Under the pieces are notes generated by a model. That model searched no databases, was not told the origin of the DNA, and saw only the letters and a list, made by a program, of their open reading frames with translations. 64,000 nt of DNA from a bacterium (lineage in GTDB: Bacteria > SAR324 > NAC60-12). Position 1 is the first letter of the stretch. Each line of letters begins with the position of its first letter. Positions 1 through 8,583 of this stretch are shown here, one piece after another. Position numbers and translations under genes: made by a program. The stretch lies in NCBI GenBank assembly GCA_965209155.1, contig OZ242383.1, positions 3,808,001-3,872,000 of the forward strand, given 5' to 3'.

Positions 1-50
1 GGAGCAGGACGATCGTGGTTCCATTGAAAAATACGTTGAGAGTGGGTAAG

Positions 51-971
51 TCAGTGAGGTTCATGGATTGACAGGGAAAAAGAAAAACTCAACAATCCGA
101 AAATGGTGGCTGCAAGGGCAGTATGAAAGAGGGATATGGGGACGGGTACCAGATAAATCGCGTTGGCAATACCCGCCAACAACTCGGCAGTGAGTAAGAT
201 CCAAATTGCGCATGCAATCACACGATACGTTCGTTTGGGATGGCGGAATAGAACGAGCCAAGCGAAAAATGCCAACCCTGCCGTACCCAGGAAAGCAATC
301 AATCGATGCGACATGTGGATCCATTCGTTTTGAAATCGGGGGAAAAATGCCCCTTTTTCTTCCTGCTCTTTACCAACATAAAATGAGAACTCGCTGCCGG
401 CATGACATCCGGGAAAAGCGGGACATGCATACCCCGAATAAGTACTACTGTTGATTCCACCGGAAACGAGAATGATGGAAAAGAGCAGTAACATCCCTCC
501 TTGAATTTTACTAAAGCGTGAAAGTGGAAACAAACGCGCTTTAAACCGTGGTGCTTGACAATCGCGATGCGCGAAATAACTGAGATGGATGAGCAACCCA
601 AACAAAATATTCCCACCCAGCAAATGAAGAACCACCGTAATCGGTTCTAACTTCATAATCACGGTCAACCCTCCCAAGATTCCCTGAATACTTACCAAGA
701 CGAAGCAAAGAAAGGAAAGCGTACGGAATTTTTTGTACTTTTCCTGGAAAGTCATGATCAAAAGGAGCAAAATGAAAAGTCCCAGACAGATTGCCACCAG
801 GCGGTGTCCCACTTCCAGCATGATCTCGAATTCATAAGGTGGAATGATTTTTCCGTAGCACAAGGGCCAATCCGGACATGCGAGTCCGGCCCCTTTCAGA
901 CGAACGAGAGCACCAAATGAAATCAGGGGCCACGTTAATAGAGTCGAGAACCAGGCGATCTGTTTGAACAT
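51..971 (-). CDS. ctaA: heme A synthase (COX15/CtaA family)
   Basis: GAGLACPDWPLC and EVGHR motifs, multiple TM helices, last gene of the oxidase cluster. Confidence 0.92.
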   Translation of the reverse strand: MFKQIAWFSTLLTWPLISFGALVRLKGAGLACPDWPLCYGKIIPPYEFEIMLEVGHRLVAICLGLFILLLLIMTFQEKYKKFRTLSFLCFVLVSIQGILGGLTVIMKLEPITVVLHLLGGNILFGLLIHLSYFAHRDCQAPRFKARLFPLSRFSKIQGGMLLLFSIILVSGGINSSTYSGYACPAFPGCHAGSEFSFYVGKEQEEKGAFFPRFQNEWIHMSHRLIAFLGTAGLAFFAWLVLFRHPKRTYRVIACAIWILLTAELLAGIANAIYLVPVPISLFHTALAATIFGLLSFSFSLSIHEPH

Positions 972-1039
972 GAAAGATTGGCGCGTGAATTTTTTGGGAA
1001 AGCATCCGGCAGAGATATGCAGTCACTTAAAAGTTGAAA

Positions 1040-1306
1040 TCAATCCATCGAAACAGGTTGTTGTTTGGAATAGACAGGATTCTCTGCTTCCGGGTGGTCT
1101 TTGCGATAATCACTGCTGCGATATCGACGGTAGATCCAAATCGAGAAAGCGCCTACCATTGCCAGGGGGAGCAGGCTCAACACGACTGCGGTTGACAGAT
1201 AAGCCGCAATAGTTCCTTCTTTGCCAACAAAACACACGGGGCAAGCGTAAAGGGGCGATAGAAATGAGGTGAATAAGAAGAGGAGAATAACAAGAATCGC
1301 TTTCAT
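1040..1306 (-). CDS. small membrane protein with CxxC motif, oxidase-cluster associated
   Basis: signal-like N-terminus, ACPVC motif, one TM helix; co-oriented within the cox cluster. Confidence 0.65.
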   Translation of the reverse strand: MKAILVILLFLFTSFLSPLYACPVCFVGKEGTIAAYLSTAVVLSLLPLAMVGAFSIWIYRRYRSSDYRKDHPEAENPVYSKQQPVSMD

Positions 1307-1348
1307 TTTTATGAACGGATTATTAATTTGGAATTCAATCTTTTTGCT

Positions 1349-1957
1349 TCATACCAGATAAACGGTGACATACAAAAGCGGCCATACGCCAACCACGAAA
1401 TACCAGAAAATCTGGGGAACGACAAATTCCGTCCGGGTGAGAGATGGCGAGTTTATGGGAGTAAATTTGATATAAGCGCGCAAAAGGATCAACAAGGCGA
1501 TGATGGCGTGGAAGGCATGGGTGCCGATGATGAGATAAAACAATCCCCCATATGTACTGGAAGTGATCGTCAGACCGAAGGAAATCAATCGTATCCATTC
1601 GTATCCTTGAAATAAAACAAAAAAAGTCCCCAGCAATATCGAGATTGCAAGCAACCTTTTCGCTTTGCGCAGCGAGGGATCTGTTTGCGAGAAAGCTTTA
1701 TAAGCGTGAAAGAGCACCCATCCGCTGAGCAGCAGAATGACGGAATTGAAAGCCGTTGCCGCGACCGGAAGCCGGGGTTGCCCCCAGGGAGGCCATTCCG
1801 GCGTACCTGCCCGTAATACCAGGTAAGCGCTGATCAATGCGGCAAAAAACATCACTTCCGTGATTACGAAAATCAACATGCCCAGAATCCCGTTGGCGAT
1901 GGGATGTTTATTACGATTATCCCGTTGAGTGGGATCGAAATTGGCGGAAACCAGCAT
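1349..1957 (-). CDS. cytochrome c oxidase subunit III family protein
   Basis: GMLIFVITEVMFF, FYLIIGTHAFH and FWYFVVGVW motifs. Confidence 0.9.
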   Translation of the reverse strand: MLVSANFDPTQRDNRNKHPIANGILGMLIFVITEVMFFAALISAYLVLRAGTPEWPPWGQPRLPVAATAFNSVILLLSGWVLFHAYKAFSQTDPSLRKAKRLLAISILLGTFFVLFQGYEWIRLISFGLTITSSTYGGLFYLIIGTHAFHAIIALLILLRAYIKFTPINSPSLTRTEFVVPQIFWYFVVGVWPLLYVTVYLV

Positions 1958-1962
1958 TGGTT

Positions 1963-2340
1963 TTACCTCGGAATTCCGTAGTTGGTCGAATCTTTGGCCG
2001 CATCTCCCGTCATGATGCAGCTTTGGTCAAAAACACAATCTTTCCATAGGGTGCCATCGCCATTCATCACATCGGGAGCAACTCCAAAATAAAAAATTCC
2101 TATAAAGGCCAATGAAATAATCAGCAGGTACCAGATGTAGCGTTTTTCAATATTCAAATGCATGAAATATGCTGCCACCATCAGCGCCTTCACCACCGCG
2201 ATTCCGAAGGCGGTGATTAGCGTTATCGCCTGGATTTCCAAAGTAGGACCCGCAACGCTGATTACCAATAAAATCAAGAGGATCCCCCAAATTTTTACGT
2301 ATCGTTTGTCGTCATGTCCGTGAGCGGTATCGTGTGCCAT
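1963..2340 (-). CDS. cytochrome c oxidase subunit IV family protein
   Basis: AVVKALMVAAYFMHL motif, three TM helices. Confidence 0.88.
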   Translation of the reverse strand: MAHDTAHGHDDKRYVKIWGILLILLVISVAGPTLEIQAITLITAFGIAVVKALMVAAYFMHLNIEKRYIWYLLIISLAFIGIFYFGVAPDVMNGDGTLWKDCVFDQSCIMTGDAAKDSTNYGIPR

Positions 2341-2361
2341 GTTTTGTTCCTGAATAGTGTT

Positions 2362-2940
2362 TTATTTGGCGATGTAAAGAAGTGGAAACAGAAAAATCCA
2401 CACAATGTCCACGAAGTGCCAGTAAATACCGATCAACTCCACCCGGTTCAAATGCAAGGATTTCTTCACGTCGAAGGAAATGATTGCCATGATGACCATT
2501 CCCGCAATCACGTGACAGGCATGGAGTCCGGTGGCAGTATAGTAGAAACCCCAAAACGGGTTGGACGTGAGCACGTAACCGTGCATAATTTCAGTCGTAT
2601 ACTCGTAGGCTTTGACGAGCATGAAAATTCCACCACATGCAATGGTCAGCCAGATGAAGTTGAATGCGCGATCAACGTCCTTACGCTCCGCGGCGGAATG
2701 GGCTAAAACGATAAAGAGACTGGAAGTGAGTAGTACGAAAGTGTTGAAGGCTCCTGCCGGCGTACTGGTGTGGGCCGCATAGTCTCCCCAGACATCGTGT
2801 TTCAGACGAAATAGCAAGTAACATGCAATCAATCCTCCGAAGATGAAAACTTCGGAAGCTAAAACCCACCAGACGGCCAATCGTCCGGTTGGAATACCTG
2901 TGACACTCCTTCCTGTCGCAACGGGTGCGTGAAACGCCAT
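2362..2940 (-). CDS. ctaE: cytochrome c oxidase subunit III
   Basis: LASEVFIFGG, TGLHACHV and YWHFVDIVW motifs. Confidence 0.92.
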   Translation of the reverse strand: MAFHAPVATGRSVTGIPTGRLAVWWVLASEVFIFGGLIACYLLFRLKHDVWGDYAAHTSTPAGAFNTFVLLTSSLFIVLAHSAAERKDVDRAFNFIWLTIACGGIFMLVKAYEYTTEIMHGYVLTSNPFWGFYYTATGLHACHVIAGMVIMAIISFDVKKSLHLNRVELIGIYWHFVDIVWIFLFPLLYIAK

Positions 2941-2975
2941 AAAAAAAATCTCCTTTCAATGAATCATTATCTGAT

Positions 2976-3189
2976 TGAGGGGTAGTGGAGTTTTTTTTCC
3001 TTTGTCATTCCACCCCCCAAGCCGGAATCCATTACTTCAATCCTCGATTTCTGGATCCCGGTCCCGGACTTGATCCGGCATCCATAATAACGCCCGTATC
3101 CCCCTGGATTCCTGGTCAAGCCAGGAATGACACGTTTTTTAACTCCTGATTCGCATATATTATTTGAATAGAAACTCCGTTACTGCTCA
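2976..3189. repeat. nested repeat: family-C mini-element containing REP-like palindromes and the right part of a family-B MITE
   Basis: ends TGAGGGGTAGTGGAGTTT...AAACTCCGTTACTGCTCA match the reverse complement of 51097-51169; interior has TGGATTCCTGGTCAAGCCAGGAATGAC and AACTCCTGATTCGCAT. Confidence 0.75.
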
Positions 3190-3201
3190 TTTAATCAGCA
3201 A

Positions 3202-4914
3202 TCAATTGGGAACATTCTGAGGCCAGTAATCGTCCTCGCGTCCTTCCACGCTGTATTCATACGGGCCGCGATAAACACGGATTTTATCCAACTCCGGAAA
3301 ATTACCATGAGGTGCGGGAGAGTCCGCAACCCACTCCAAACTGTTGGCCTTCCAGGGATTTTTCGGTGCTTTTTTTCCTTTGAAGAGACTGTAGATGAAA
3401 TTATAAATAAACACGAATTGGAACAGCAGCATGATAACCAGGCTGACGGTGGCGAAAACTCGCGTATCCTGCAAGCCTTCCGTGGCCAAATCCGGGAAGT
3501 TGTTGTAATTATAAATTCGACGATGCTGGCCAGCCATTCCCAGGAAAAAGAGGGGAATGAAGATGCAATTGAAGGGAATAATGGTGCCCCAGAAGTGGAT
3601 TCTGCCCAACGTGTCGTTCATCATGCGACCAAACATCTTGGGGAACCAGTAAGTGACGGCGCAGTACACGCCAATGATGGCAATCGGGAAGAATGTATAG
3701 TGGAAGTGGGCCAGTACGAAGTAAGTGTCATGGAGATAGACGTCCAAAGCGCTTGCTCCCAAATAAATACCGGTCACTCCTCCCAGTAAAAATTCCACAA
3801 CGAAAGCGATGGCCCAAAGCATAGGCGTGTTCAGTTCTATGGAACCTCCGTATAGCGTGGCGACGTAGCAAAACATGATTTCCGCGATCGGAATCGAAAT
3901 CAACAGTGTCGTCACCGCAAAAATATTGCCCATCCTCGGATCAATCCCCGCAATGAACTGGTGGTGCGCCCAGACGGTAAAAGAGAGCACTCCCGTGGCG
4001 AACGTCGTATAAAGAATCGTCTTATAACCGAATAATTTTTTCCTGGAAAAGGTGGTGAGCACTTCGGCGACGACCCCCATTGCCGGCAACAGCACCACGT
4101 ACACTTCCGGGTGTCCGAAAAACCAGAAAAGGTGCTGCCATAAAACGGGATCACCACCGCCAGCAGGAAGAAAGAAACTGGTTCCGACGCGTTGGTCCAT
4201 GAAAAGCATCACGGCTCCGGCAATCAAAGGTCCCACCGATGCCATGAATAAAATGACGGCCACGTCGATCATCCAGATGACCATCGGCATGTCCATCATT
4301 TTCATGCCTGCCGCCCGGGAATTCATGGTGGTGGTGAGAAAATTGATCCCTCCCAGGAGAAACGCCGCGAATTCGAGAGCAACCGCCAAAAGCCACAAAG
4401 ACGCCCCCCAATCGGTGTGGTTGTAAGTACCACTGGCGGAAAGTGGTGGGTAAGCGGTCCATGCTCCGCCAAAACCGCCGCCAGGAACGAAAAAGGAAAT
4501 GATGAGTACGATGGTGCTCAGTAGAAAAATCTGGTATGAAAGCCGATTTAAACGGGGGAACACCATGTCGTCGCAGCCCAGCATCAGCGGAATGAGAAAA
4601 TTCCCCAGTGTTGCAATCAGTACCGGCATGGCCACCCAAAAAATCATGATGGTGCCATGGTTGGTGATCAACATGTTGTACTGCCCCGAAGTCATGTGTC
4701 CGAATAAAGGAATGGATTCCCCGGGAAATGCGAGCTGCATACGAAAGGCATAGGCGAAGAAACCACCGACCAAGGCCATGAACATCCCGGTAAACATGTA
4801 CTGAAAACCAATGATTTTATGGTCGGTGGAAAATATATATTTACTCCAAAAATCCATCTCCTCATGGGCGTCGTGTTCGACCACATGACTTGCATCGATT
4901 CCGGTGTCGCTCAT
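3202..4914 (-). CDS. ctaD: cytochrome c oxidase subunit I (A1 type)
   Basis: STDHKIIG, WFFGHPEVYV, WAHH and AHFHY motifs; ATG at 4914 follows AGGAGA. Confidence 0.97.
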   Translation of the reverse strand: MSDTGIDASHVVEHDAHEEMDFWSKYIFSTDHKIIGFQYMFTGMFMALVGGFFAYAFRMQLAFPGESIPLFGHMTSGQYNMLITNHGTIMIFWVAMPVLIATLGNFLIPLMLGCDDMVFPRLNRLSYQIFLLSTIVLIISFFVPGGGFGGAWTAYPPLSASGTYNHTDWGASLWLLAVALEFAAFLLGGINFLTTTMNSRAAGMKMMDMPMVIWMIDVAVILFMASVGPLIAGAVMLFMDQRVGTSFFLPAGGGDPVLWQHLFWFFGHPEVYVVLLPAMGVVAEVLTTFSRKKLFGYKTILYTTFATGVLSFTVWAHHQFIAGIDPRMGNIFAVTTLLISIPIAEIMFCYVATLYGGSIELNTPMLWAIAFVVEFLLGGVTGIYLGASALDVYLHDTYFVLAHFHYTFFPIAIIGVYCAVTYWFPKMFGRMMNDTLGRIHFWGTIIPFNCIFIPLFFLGMAGQHRRIYNYNNFPDLATEGLQDTRVFATVSLVIMLLFQFVFIYNFIYSLFKGKKAPKNPWKANSLEWVADSPAPHGNFPELDKIRVYRGPYEYSVEGREDDYWPQNVPN

Positions 4915-4986
4915 CGTTTCTCTCCTTCTGAATTTCAATAATAAATCGAGTTTGACCCCTTTGTTTCGTTCAAAAACTGGTATTGA

Positions 4987-5733
4987 CTATTCAAATCCTC
5001 GTTTCAATTGTCGGGTGAATGGTTTTTCCTCTGAATTCGCAACGGCCACCGCCTCTTCCAACTCGGGAGAGGCGTGGCTGGCCAACCATTCGTTGTAAGA
5101 CTCTTCGGATTCGATGGTTACGCGCGCAGCCATCAACCCGTGACCGATACCACACATTTCCGCGCATTGCACGTCGTATTGCCCGGTGAGGATCGGTTCA
5201 AACCATCCGGTGATCGTCCTGCCGGGAATGGCGTCTTGTTTCAAACGAAGGATGGGGATGGAAAAATCATGCAGGACGTCTCTCGACTGTAACTCGTAGT
5301 GATAGAGCGTATTGACTTTCAAATGCAAGTCGTTGACCGTGGCCACGTCATCCTCCGTATCCAATTTGCCATCGGGGCCGGAATGCACGAAGATCCAGGT
5401 CCATTGCTGAGCCACGACACGGATCTTGTCTTCGGGAGGAGGCAGGTCCATTTTCACGTCGAGCCAGATTCTGACCGTAATGACGATGATGATTACGTCA
5501 CAAACGATCACCAGGTAATGAGGCCAGTGCAACCATTTTGTTTCATGGTGCTCTTCCCCCGAAATGTATTGGGCTTTCACTCCCGGTTTTTTGCGGAAAC
5601 GAAAAATAAAATAAAAAATGATGGCCTGCACCAGGATAAACCAAAATCCGACGACGTAGGTGATCAAATCAAACAGAAAATCGATGTCGCTGCCAAATGT
5701 GGAACCATTGGGTATAAATAACTCTATTAACAT
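4987..5733 (-). CDS. ctaC: cytochrome c oxidase subunit II
   Basis: CuA motif DVLH...CAEMCGIGHGLM, two TM helices. Confidence 0.96.
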   Translation of the reverse strand: MLIELFIPNGSTFGSDIDFLFDLITYVVGFWFILVQAIIFYFIFRFRKKPGVKAQYISGEEHHETKWLHWPHYLVIVCDVIIIVITVRIWLDVKMDLPPPEDKIRVVAQQWTWIFVHSGPDGKLDTEDDVATVNDLHLKVNTLYHYELQSRDVLHDFSIPILRLKQDAIPGRTITGWFEPILTGQYDVQCAEMCGIGHGLMAARVTIESEESYNEWLASHASPELEEAVAVANSEEKPFTRQLKRGFE

Positions 5734-5799
5734 CCTTATTACTCGCTAGTTAACGCATCCGTCATTATCTCTAACGGAATTTAAGAGGCGTAATTCTCC

Positions 5800-5910
5800 T
5801 TAAAGGATAAAGACAAAAAAGATTACGGAAATCATGAAAAGAACTGCAGCGGCCAGTGTGATTTTGAAGATTTTTTTTGCCAGAACATCTGATTCGTTTT
5901 CCATTTTCAT
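5800..5910 (-). CDS. putative 36-aa single-TM small protein (not in ORF track)
   Basis: MKMENESDVLAKKIFKITLAAAVLFMISVIFFVFIL*, co-oriented between ctaB and ctaC. Confidence 0.55.
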   Translation of the reverse strand: MKMENESDVLAKKIFKITLAAAVLFMISVIFFVFIL

Positions 5911-5940
5911 CCAAATAAATTCTTTACTCGATTCTGATTG

Positions 5941-6852
5941 TCACAAACTTCCCAACCCCACCATCCTGTCCAACACCATCGCCAACCAGAGGAGAGGGAA
6001 GTAGATAATAGACGCAAAGAAAACGACGCGCGCATTGACGGTCGTTCTTTGTTTGAAAAAACGCAAAGTCGTTGCCAGGAACATCATTCCCAGCATGAAC
6101 GCGCTTATCATATACAATATTCCCGTCTGGGAGATGAACAGTAAACTGAGGCTGGCAACGAGAAGCAACGACGTATTTAAAATCATCTGAAATCCCGTTT
6201 TCAGCCCGCTTGGATCATCCAGGGAAAGCATACGGAAGCCCCCTCTTTTATAATCTTCACGATACATCCAGGAAACTGCGAAGAAATGCGGAAGCTGCCA
6301 TAAATAAAGTATCGCAAAAAGAGAGAGCGCTTGCCAATCCAATGTCCCCCGTGCGGCGGTCCATCCCATCAAAGGAGGAAGCGCGCCGGGAACGGCACCG
6401 ACCCAGGTATTGAATACGGTGCGACGTTTGAGTGGCGTGTACAGAAAAAGATAGGAGGCCCAACTGGCGATCCCCAGCAAAGTCGTCAGCAAATTGACGG
6501 TGACGGTCAAATAGACCATTCCCACTACGGAAATGATGAGGCCGAATATCAAAGCTTCGTAATGCTGGAGACCTCCGGAGGGCAGGGGACGATGCCGGGT
6601 TCGCTTCATCTGGGCATCGTATCCGCGCTCGAACCATTGGTTGAGCGCATTGGCGCCTGAACCGACGCAAGCAACGCCTAGCAGGACATTGAGAAACAAG
6701 AGCATTCCACTTCCGGAAGCAAGATAAAATCCAATTCCTACCGTGATGAGCACCAGCAGCATCAATCGGAATTTGGTCAATGCGAGATAGTCAACGAATT
6801 TGCTCCGTCCGAGGATACCAATCGTTCCCCATCCAATGGCTTTTGCTTTCAT
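5941..6852 (-). CDS. ctaB: heme o synthase (protoheme IX farnesyltransferase)
   Basis: ALNQWFERGYDAQMKRTRHRPLP, LYTPLKR and WQLPHF motifs. Confidence 0.95.
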   Translation of the reverse strand: MKAKAIGWGTIGILGRSKFVDYLALTKFRLMLLVLITVGIGFYLASGSGMLLFLNVLLGVACVGSGANALNQWFERGYDAQMKRTRHRPLPSGGLQHYEALIFGLIISVVGMVYLTVTVNLLTTLLGIASWASYLFLYTPLKRRTVFNTWVGAVPGALPPLMGWTAARGTLDWQALSLFAILYLWQLPHFFAVSWMYREDYKRGGFRMLSLDDPSGLKTGFQMILNTSLLLVASLSLLFISQTGILYMISAFMLGMMFLATTLRFFKQRTTVNARVVFFASIIYFPLLWLAMVLDRMVGLGSL

Positions 6853-7131
6853 TTCTCGATAACGCTTTTCAATTCCAGTTCACTGTCGATTGCAAAGTCA
6901 ACAGTGGCAGATTATTGAACGAATAAATTGGATGCACAAGCTTTTTTATAAAAAAAAAGAGAATTTTTAAAACATTGAAAGCGTCCAATTTGAACGGCTT
7001 TGTATATATCCTGAATGAACGCGCTGCTTGCGCAGGAAAGTAAGCGATCCGATCACCCAGCTGCCTTTTCCGAATCGTCAAAATTCGTATAAAAATGGCA
7101 GGACAGCGATTCCTTCGCCAATCCTGAGGAA

Positions 7132-7261
7132 TTCCTGCACTGGGGAGATTGCTTTTCCGGGAATGTGGCAATATTGGCAGAACAAACGCCCTCAGGGAGG
7201 TTTCGGCGCCATCATCGGTAATCCGCCGTGGGACCGCATCAAGTTGCAGGAGGTGGAGTGG
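7132..7261 (+). pseudogene. fragment of a type IIG/Eco57I-like adenine methyltransferase
   Basis: FLHW, then a frameshift, then EIAFPG...GGFGAIIGNPPWDRIKLQEVEW (NPPW motif IV); rest of gene absent. Confidence 0.75.
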
Positions 7262-7536
7262 AATCACGCTTCAAAGTTTATATTCATCAACCTATACGCG
7301 CAATCAGTTTTCTGATAGAGTCTTATTCAACTGAGGAACTCCTCCGTGAAAAGGCTGTTATACTTTTTTTCATAGGATGAGAAACCATCGAAAGCGGAGT
7401 CGAAGGACTTGTAAAAAATTGCCCTAGAAGCGCTCTTGTTGGCGGTTCAGCTATCTCCGCTAAAATACGAAGTCTGTATTATTTTCAATTTATTGGAATT
7501 TGCATTATTTTTTAACATTGATTCAGGAGATGAGAC

Positions 7537-8529
7537 ATGTTCAGCAGAAACATCCGAGCAATAAAACGACTGGTGATCGGACTGGCGGCCACAACCCTGG
7601 TGGTTGCAGGCCCGGCTCATGCGGAGCAATGGGAGATGCCCATGGCATACGCGGACAGCAATTACCAAACGCAGAATGGCAAGGCTTTCGCCGAGGCGAT
7701 ACGAGTCGCCACTGGCGGTAAGCTGGAGATCGAGATTCATAGCGGCGGCTCGCTGTTCAAGGGGGACGAAATCAAGTACGCCGTCCAAACAGGACAGGCG
7801 GCAATCGGGGAGAGATTGCTGTCCGCCCACCAGGATGAAAATCCCGTGTTCGGATTCGACTCCGTTCCATTCCTCGCAAACTCATTCGAAGCATCGGAAA
7901 AACTTTGGAAGGCAGCGCGTCCGGCCATCGAAAAGATCATGGACGAGCAGGATCTCGTCCTGCTTTATTCGGTACCCTGGCCGCCACAGGGAATGTATTT
8001 CAAGAAAGAGATCCACGTCATGGGGGACCTGAAGGGCATCAAGTGCCGGGTTTACAATCCCGCCACAATGCGTCTCGCCGAACTCGCCGGGATGGTTCCC
8101 GTGCAGATCGAGGTGGCGGAACTCAAACAGGCGCTGGAAAGCGGGGTCGTGGAAGCCTTCGTTTCATCGAGTTCGACCGGTTTCGACCTCGAGGTCTGGG
8201 AGCATCTCACACATTTCTACGAAATCAACGCCTGGTTGCCGCGCAACTACGTATTCGTGAACAAGAACGCCTGGAACGAATTGGATGAGCAGACGCGTAA
8301 CGTCATCCAGGGGTTGGCCATGCTTGCAGAACGTGCCGGTACGGCCAAGGCCCGGCAACTCTCCGACTGGTACGCAAGCCAACTCCGCGCGCAGGGTATG
8401 ATCGTGCAGCCCGTAAACGAGCAGCTTCGGAGTGATTTCAAGCAAATCGGCGCCACGATGATCCAAGAGTGGTTGTCCGAGGCGGGTGAGGGGGGCAAGT
8501 CGATCATCGACGCCTACTCGGCCATGTAA
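7537..8529 (+). CDS. TRAP transporter substrate-binding protein (DctP family)
   Basis: signal peptide, GGKLEIEIHSGGSLF and YSVPWPPQG motifs; AGGAG RBS. Confidence 0.92.
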   Translation: MFSRNIRAIKRLVIGLAATTLVVAGPAHAEQWEMPMAYADSNYQTQNGKAFAEAIRVATGGKLEIEIHSGGSLFKGDEIKYAVQTGQAAIGERLLSAHQDENPVFGFDSVPFLANSFEASEKLWKAARPAIEKIMDEQDLVLLYSVPWPPQGMYFKKEIHVMGDLKGIKCRVYNPATMRLAELAGMVPVQIEVAELKQALESGVVEAFVSSSSTGFDLEVWEHLTHFYEINAWLPRNYVFVNKNAWNELDEQTRNVIQGLAMLAERAGTAKARQLSDWYASQLRAQGMIVQPVNEQLRSDFKQIGATMIQEWLSEAGEGGKSIIDAYSAM

Positions 8530-8583
8530 TCGAGACGATCTCCTTTTTTGGCAACGGTTCAATGACAAAGTGAAGATGCGCTT

